DNA of 64,000 bases from Bacteroidota bacterium (lineage in GTDB: Bacteria > Bacteroidota > Bacteroidia > Flavobacteriales_F > PHOS-HE28): assembly GCA_963169535.1 (NCBI GenBank), contig CAUJED010000118.1:22834-86833 (forward strand), in the 5' to 3' direction. This document shows positions 58,689 through 64,000 of this stretch, piece after piece. Numbering within the stretch: position 1 is the first letter of the stretch; each line of letters starts with the position of its first letter. The notes beneath the pieces were generated by a model. The model saw nothing but the letters and a program-made list of their open reading frames with translations. It was not told where the DNA came from and did no database searches. A program made the translations under genes and the position numbers.

Positions 58689-59334
58689 ATCGTTGCTCTT
58701 CGTGCTCGTGGCGGTGGCACAGCTATCGGTGCCCGCGTGGATGATCCTCGGCCATGAGCACGTACGCCGTGCTGGTGAAGTGTTCAAGTTCCGTACCGCA
58801 CCCGTGGATCCACGCGATCCGTTCCGGGGCGAATACGTGCGGCTGGACTTCGAGGCGGAGAACGGCCGTTGGCCACTTCCGCCCATCAAGACCGGAACAG
58901 GCAGCCACCGGCACCACGCATACGCCTTGCTAGGAACGGACAGCGCGGGGTTCGCGAACATCGTGCAGCTCGTGCAGGAGCAGCCGTCCGAAGGAGCCTT
59001 CGTGCCTGTTGAGTACATGTATTGGGAGAACGATACGATCTTCAATGTCAGCCTGCCGTTCGATCGCTACTACCTGGAGGAGGGCGACGGACCAAGGACC
59101 GAGCATTTACTGATGCCCCAATGGAACCCGGACACGGCCACTATGGCGCTGCCCGCTTACGCCGTGGTGCGCGTGCTTGAAGGGCGAACGGTGATCACCG
59201 ATCTCGTGGTCGGGGACAAGTCGATACACGAATGGTTGAAGGAGGCACCACGCGGCACACCGCTATCGGAGCCGTTCCAGGAGCCCGCCATGGAGCCCGA
59301 TCCAACGGCTACTTCGGCACCAGCCGGATCGTGA
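58678..59334 (+). CDS. GDYXXLXY-domain protein
   Basis: N-terminal TM, then PVDPRDPFRGEYVRLDF matching the G-(D/E)-Y-x-x-L-x-(Y/F) signature. 11-nt overlap with the upstream gene. Confidence 0.5.
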   Translation: MSRRSLLFVLVAVAQLSVPAWMILGHEHVRRAGEVFKFRTAPVDPRDPFRGEYVRLDFEAENGRWPLPPIKTGTGSHRHHAYALLGTDSAGFANIVQLVQEQPSEGAFVPVEYMYWENDTIFNVSLPFDRYYLEEGDGPRTEHLLMPQWNPDTATMALPAYAVVRVLEGRTVITDLVVGDKSIHEWLKEAPRGTPLSEPFQEPAMEPDPTATSAPAGS

Positions 59335-59641
59335 ACTCACGGGCGCTCTCACCTGGTGTTACGGACAGCCGTTCGTTATAGGGCTCAAAGCCGTTCTCGG
59401 AAACGCGTAGTTCCAGTTCACCGGTGGTACGTACGAAGAAAGCATATCGCCCTTCGTTATTGGTCTGGTTCACCGCCTGGCGGTGTCCATCGGCATCATA
59501 CCACTCCACCAACGCCTCCAGGACGGGCAGATCCGTTACCGCATGGACCACGGCCCCGTACACCTGCACCCGCAACGTATCCTGGGCGCGCAGGGCACTC
59601 AACGGGACCAGGAGGAAGAGGAACGGCAGTGATCGTATCAT
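59309..59641 (-). CDS. Small secreted carboxypeptidase-regulatory-like (beta-sandwich) domain protein
   Basis: 110 aa with a signal peptide (MIRSLPFLFLLVPLSALRAQ) and a single Ig-like beta-sandwich pattern (GRYAFFVRTTGELELRV). Confidence 0.4.
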   Translation of the reverse strand: MIRSLPFLFLLVPLSALRAQDTLRVQVYGAVVHAVTDLPVLEALVEWYDADGHRQAVNQTNNEGRYAFFVRTTGELELRVSENGFEPYNERLSVTPGESAREFTIRLVPK

Positions 59642-60474
59642 CGGTCGTTCAATAGGTGTCCGTCCACGCCAGCCACGACAAAGTCCGGTCCTTGTCGCTC
59701 CTTCTCCACCGTGGCCAGCGACGCGCCGATGGCCGCCATCACCGGAGTGAACATGATGCCGAACAACGGCACCATCATGCCCAACTGGAACAGGCTGCCG
59801 TTGGCCATCACCAGGCCGAGCCGATCGTTCACGGCCCTTGCGCTCTCCGCGACCCGCAAACGCCGCCGTTCGAACACGTAATCGAACATACTGAAGCCAT
59901 AGAAGTACGACGACACGATGAAGAGCAGGATGAACGACACCGGTGCCAGCAACGGCACGAAGAGCGTGAGGAACCAAATGCCCACCGAGATGCCCAATTC
60001 CATGATCCCGTTGCGCGCGGCGATCAGCGCACCACGCAACGCATCCTTCAACAACTGGCCCCAGCTGAAGGGATAGGTGCGGCCGGTGAGCACCTCCTCG
60101 GTGCGTTCGCTCGCATAGGCCAGCAGCGGCGAGAGCAGGATCAGCACGATGTACTTGTTCGCCACCCAGAGCAGGTAGGCGATGCCCGCATGGAGGATCA
60201 CCCACAGCACGATCTCCCACGCTCCGTTCAGGAAATTCTTCACATTGGACCACCAGCCCGCATCGGTCTCGGAAACGGGGATGTCCAGATACCCTGCGGC
60301 CCATGCCGTGATCCAGTCCACCTGGCCGCTCAGTAACTTGAAGAGGCCGAAGGTCAGCAGCATCCACAGCAGCGCGGGCACCAGGAACATCCAGCCCATG
60401 CGGTTGCCCAGCGCGAAGCCGAACGCACGGAAGAATGCGGTGGTGCCGATGCCAAGATCGCGGAGGAAGGGCAT
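59638..60474 (-). CDS. EI24/CysZ-like domain membrane protein
   Basis: 278 aa, 4-6 TM helices, with an arrangement characteristic of the EI24 family. Confidence 0.5.
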   Translation of the reverse strand: MPFLRDLGIGTTAFFRAFGFALGNRMGWMFLVPALLWMLLTFGLFKLLSGQVDWITAWAAGYLDIPVSETDAGWWSNVKNFLNGAWEIVLWVILHAGIAYLLWVANKYIVLILLSPLLAYASERTEEVLTGRTYPFSWGQLLKDALRGALIAARNGIMELGISVGIWFLTLFVPLLAPVSFILLFIVSSYFYGFSMFDYVFERRRLRVAESARAVNDRLGLVMANGSLFQLGMMVPLFGIMFTPVMAAIGASLATVEKERQGPDFVVAGVDGHLLNDR

Positions 60475-60600
60475 GGTGCGAAGGAGTACGGCCTTGGGCC
60501 GTGATGCAAAGATGCAGCATGCGGAATGCAGAAGGCCTTAGGCGGGATCCAGAAGGTACTGAGACGGCATGAAAGAACCGGTCGATCCAATGGTGAAAAG

Positions 60601-60649
60601 GTGAAAGGGTGAAAAACGTGAGAAGGTGAAATGCCTCGCACCCTTTCAC
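60601..60649. promoter_or_regulatory. Perfect 11-bp inverted repeat (GTGAAAGGGTG / CACCCTTTCAC) within a GTGAAA-repeat tract upstream of purB
   Basis: Read directly from the sequence. The stem arms are at 60601-60611 and 60639-60649. Five GTGAAA-like units lie at 60592-60630. Confidence 0.4.
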
Positions 60650-60781
60650 GCTATCACCCCGGTGGTCCAGATCGCTGAGCTCGACCGGATCTTCATCACC
60701 GGCTCAGTAGCTTGATGAAAGCCGATGGCCGCACGCTTCATTCCCCCCCGCTACCTTTGCCTTTCTTCCCCAAAAGCACGC

Positions 60782-62140
60782 ATGGAACTGGATACCCTCA
60801 CCGCCATCTCTCCGATCGATGGCCGCTACCGCGAGCGAACACGTGGGCTGGCGCACTGGTTCAGCGAACAAGCCCTGATGCGCTACCGCCTGCGGGTGGA
60901 ACTGGAGTACTTCACCTTCCTGTGCGAAGTGCCCCTGCCCGAACTTGCCGGTACGCCGTTGCAGAAGCTGGACGCCGTGCGCAGCCGCGTGGAGCAGTTG
61001 GGGACCACCGATGCCCAGCGCATCAAGGCGATCGAGCAGGTCACCAACCACGATGTGAAGGCCATCGAGTACTTCCTGAAGGAACGGCTGGAAGAGGCCG
61101 GACTCGGTGAACAGCGCGAGTTCGTCCACTTCGCGCTCACCAGTCAGGACATCAACAACACGGCGCTACCGCTGCTGATCAAGGACTTCGTGTTCGAGGC
61201 GTACCTGCCTGCGATCACCGGTCTGCGCGACCGCCTGCACGGCCTCGCGCTGGATTGGGCGCGCATACCCATGCTGGCGCGCACACACGGACAGCCCGCG
61301 TCGCCCACCGCGCTCGGCAAGGAGATCCAAGTGTTCGTGGAGCGGCTGGACGGTCAGCTGAAACTGCTGCGCGAGGTGCCCTTCACCGGCAAGTTCGGCG
61401 GGGCCACGGGCAACTTCAACGCGCACCACGCGGCCTACCCGGAACTGGACTGGGTGCGGCTGGCCGACCGCTTCCTGCTAGAAAAACTGGGCCTACAGCG
61501 CCAGCGCTTCACCACGCAGATCGAGCATTACGACGGCCTTGCCGCGCTGTTCGATGCCATGCGCCGCATCAACACCATCCTCGTTGACCTGTGCCGCGAC
61601 ATGTGGCAGTACATCAGCATGGACTACTTCCGCCAGCGCATCAAGGCGGGCGAGGTGGGCAGCAGCGCCATGCCGCACAAGGTGAACCCGATCGATTTCG
61701 AGAACGCCGAAGGCAACCTCGGCCTCGCCAGCGCCCTGTTCGGCTTCCTCAGTGAGAAACTGCCCATCAGTCGCCTGCAACGCGACCTCACCGACAGCAC
61801 CGTGACGCGCAACATCGGCGTGCCCATGGCGCACACCATGATCGCGGTCGATGCCATCGAGAAGGGCCTCGGCAAGCTGCTGCTGAACGAAGCGGCCCTC
61901 GAACGCGACCTCGATGCACAATGGCCCGTGGTGGCCGAAGGCATCCAGACCATCCTGCGCCGCGCCGGTGTGGAGCAGCCCTACGAAAAGCTGAAGGACC
62001 TCACGCGCGGCAAGGAGCGCATCACGCAACAGGACATCACCGCGTTCATCGACACGCTGGACGTGAGCAACGACGTGCGCAGGCAGCTGAAGGCGCTGTC
62101 GCCACGGAATTACACGGGGGTGGACCTGTTGGGGCGGTAG
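60782..62140 (+). CDS. purB: Adenylosuccinate lyase
   Basis: The N-terminus (ISPIDGRYRERT) and the fumarate-lyase signature (GSSAMPHKVNP) are present. Length about 452 aa. Confidence 0.9.
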   Translation: MELDTLTAISPIDGRYRERTRGLAHWFSEQALMRYRLRVELEYFTFLCEVPLPELAGTPLQKLDAVRSRVEQLGTTDAQRIKAIEQVTNHDVKAIEYFLKERLEEAGLGEQREFVHFALTSQDINNTALPLLIKDFVFEAYLPAITGLRDRLHGLALDWARIPMLARTHGQPASPTALGKEIQVFVERLDGQLKLLREVPFTGKFGGATGNFNAHHAAYPELDWVRLADRFLLEKLGLQRQRFTTQIEHYDGLAALFDAMRRINTILVDLCRDMWQYISMDYFRQRIKAGEVGSSAMPHKVNPIDFENAEGNLGLASALFGFLSEKLPISRLQRDLTDSTVTRNIGVPMAHTMIAVDAIEKGLGKLLLNEAALERDLDAQWPVVAEGIQTILRRAGVEQPYEKLKDLTRGKERITQQDITAFIDTLDVSNDVRRQLKALSPRNYTGVDLLGR

Positions 62141-62395
62141 AATACCGACCATGGGGACCGGCTCGGCACCTACCCATACGCTCAAGCGCGTGTACAGCGC
62201 GCTCGCAGCGCATTTCCTGGGTGGAGGCCAGATCGGCTGGTGGTGCAATACCCATTCCCACACCACCACTGCGAACGCCCTCTACGACCGGGAAGCGAAC
62301 ATGCTCAACTTCAACCACGGATACAACCGGATCATCACGGGTGAATACGGCACCATCCGTGTCCGTCCGTGCTCATCCGTGGTTCGATCCATTCG

Positions 62396-62415
62396 GATCC
62401 GCCGAAAGGCGGATC
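62396..62415 (+). terminator. GC-rich hairpin GATCCGCC-GAAA-GGCGGATC (8-bp stem, GNRA tetraloop); terminator or regulatory stem
   Basis: Exact inverted repeat read from the sequence. The downstream tract is only weakly T-rich (TCTAAAT). It lies 20 nt upstream of the sanA-like start. Confidence 0.3.
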
Positions 62416-62434
62416 TCTAAATGAAGGTGGTGTG

Positions 62435-63127
62435 ATGCGCGCAAGCAGTGGTTGGAAGCGCCTGTTACCGGGCCGATGTTCGGCATGGGTGGCCGGATCC
62501 ATCGCGCTGCTCTCCATCACCGCCCTTTGGTGGTGCGATGCTCGCATCCGAAACGCCACGGCATCCGTGGTGTTCGATCAACTGGATGGTGTGCCGCACA
62601 ACCGCGTGGGGGTGGTGTTGGGCACATCGGAAAAGGGCCGTGGCGGTGGCCCCAACGCCTACTTCACCCACCGTATCAAAGCTGCGGCCGAGCTGTACCA
62701 CGCGGGCAAGGTGGATCACCTGTTGCTCAGCGGTGACAATGGCCGCAAGGACTACAACGAGCCCGTGGACATGCGGCGCGCATTGATCGTAGCAGGCGTT
62801 GACAGCACGGCCATCACGTTGGACTATGCCGGTTTCCGCACGTTCGATTCGATGGTGCGGGCACGCGCGGTGTTCGGTCAGGAGCGGTTCACGGTGATCA
62901 GCCAGCGTTTCCACAACGAACGGGCGATCTACATCGCGCAGCGGGCCGGACTTGCGGTGGTGGGCTACAACGCGGCCGATGTCACCGGGCGTTCGGGGTG
63001 GCGCACCCAGCTACGCGAAAAGGCCGCGCGCGTAAAGGTGTTCGTGGACCTGCTGCTTGGTGTGGAGCCGCGCTTCCTCGGCGAGCCGGTGGAGATCGGG
63101 ACGCAGGCGCCACCGGAGCCGCAATAG
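62435..63127 (+). CDS. SanA/YdcF (DUF218) family protein
   Basis: N-terminal TM, then a DUF218 core (VLGTSEKGRGGGPNAYFTHRIKAAAELYHAGKVDHLLLSGDNG). Confidence 0.65.
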   Translation: MRASSGWKRLLPGRCSAWVAGSIALLSITALWWCDARIRNATASVVFDQLDGVPHNRVGVVLGTSEKGRGGGPNAYFTHRIKAAAELYHAGKVDHLLLSGDNGRKDYNEPVDMRRALIVAGVDSTAITLDYAGFRTFDSMVRARAVFGQERFTVISQRFHNERAIYIAQRAGLAVVGYNAADVTGRSGWRTQLREKAARVKVFVDLLLGVEPRFLGEPVEIGTQAPPEPQ

Positions 63128-63175
63128 CTGGGCCGCATGCGCATAACGCGAGCGCACTGGTCGGGCGGCCCACGA

Positions 63176-64000
63176 TCAGATCCCGAATTCCACCTGGAAC
63201 ATCGCCGTCCAGTTGTTGCCGGGCGCATCAAGGCCCATCCGGCCGGTGAGCCAGCGGTAGCCCAGATAACCCTGCAGCTTGATCCGGTGGCCGTTCAGGT
63301 ACTTGCCGCCACCGAGCAGCACCTCCTCCGTCCTTTTCGACACACGTTCGGTATTCGCTGCGGGATCCACGAACGAATAGCGGGACACCACCTCGTAGCG
63401 ACTGCGGAAGAACTTGCTTAGTTGCATGTTCAGGCCCTGACCGGTCTGCACGAAACGCACCGCACCTTCGGCATTGGTGGTGATCGGGTCGGGGCAACGG
63501 CGATCGAAGAACTCACCGCTCAAGGCCCATCCCTGGTACTTGAGCACGGCGTCGGCGATGTAGGTGTTGAACCCGCGGTTCGCATACAGCTCGTGACCGA
63601 GTTGGCCACCGGTGCGCAAGGCACGGTCGTTGCGGTGCGCCACAAGGCCGATGGCGAGCTTCGGCGTGGGTTCCATCTCCAAGTCGCCTTCGGAATAATC
63701 GCCCTTGTTGGTGAAAGTACCCAGCGGCAACCACTCCAAACGCCCGGTATAGGCCAAGCCGGAGTTACTGGGGACCGCACTACGACCATCGCCCGTGGTG
63801 ATGCTGCCTTTCAGCAGAATCTGTTGAACACCATTCATGGGCAAGGTCCAGTAGGCGAACAAGCCGAAGTCGCGGTCCAACGTGAAGGTTCCGTTGGCGA
63901 TGGAGCGATCGGGGAACTGCAGATTGCCGCTGGACGTGACGCGCTGGCGGTTGCCCGGCACCTTGGACTGGCCCATGCCCAGGTAGAAACGCTTGTTCAG
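63176..64000 (-). CDS. Phosphate-selective porin O/P-like outer-membrane porin (partial; N-terminus beyond window end)
   Basis: Beta-barrel pattern with a C-terminal aromatic residue (…MFQVEFGI). The ORF runs off the 3' edge of the window. Confidence 0.5.
   Translation of the reverse strand: MNKRFYLGMGQSKVPGNRQRVTSSGNLQFPDRSIANGTFTLDRDFGLFAYWTLPMNGVQQILLKGSITTGDGRSAVPSNSGLAYTGRLEWLPLGTFTNKGDYSEGDLEMEPTPKLAIGLVAHRNDRALRTGGQLGHELYANRGFNTYIADAVLKYQGWALSGEFFDRRCPDPITTNAEGAVRFVQTGQGLNMQLSKFFRSRYEVVSRYSFVDPAANTERVSKRTEEVLLGGGKYLNGHRIKLQGYLGYRWLTGRMGLDAPGNNWTAMFQVEFGI

Noticed and set aside
59309-60649. 446-aa single minus-strand ORF
   Set aside because: Only its last 110 codons (59309-59641) form a plausible secreted-domain gene. 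The upstream part is the wrong frame over the EI24-like gene (59638-60474) and is Arg/Gly-rich.

Overview
High-GC (~63%) bacterial chromosomal segment with mostly Bacteroidota-like (FCB group) gene content. Supporting features are a T9SS C-terminal sorting domain protein, an S9 DPP-IV peptidase with three tandem POT peptide transporters, LytS/LytTR-type propeller sensor kinases, a bshB1-like bacillithiol deacetylase, and MBOAT/SGNH acyl-transfer genes. About 58 protein genes and 2 tRNAs (tRNA-Ser-CGA, tRNA-His-GTG) can be supported. No rRNA, CRISPR array or phage integrase was seen. Several features look accessory or unusual. (1) A REP-associated tyrosine transposase (RAYT, IS200-like HuH-Y1) is flanked by palindromic REP-like repeats: three ~41-bp direct copies on one side and inverted copies on the other. 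(2) An eight-gene same-strand cluster comprises YceI, a beta-propeller LytS-type kinase, a LytTR regulator, two small CXXCH (PSCyt1-like) lipoproteins, an OB-fold protein, a second YceI and a beta-barrel protein. This is the best candidate for an undescribed periplasmic sensing/redox module. (3) A tightly overlapping four-gene operon encodes a LysM lytic transglycosylase, two SGNH hydrolases and an MBOAT O-acyltransferase, which looks like a peptidoglycan O-acetylation system. (4) A tRNA-His-adjacent glycan locus carries GT4, a protein with a formyltransferase-like N-terminus, a flippase and a GT2. (5) A GTGAAA repeat/hairpin element lies upstream of purB. The high GC content generates many long spurious antisense ORFs in the six-frame track, so CDS calls rest on recognisable protein-family motifs and on operon geometry (4-bp ATGA overlaps). 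All functional names are from manual motif recognition, not database searches.
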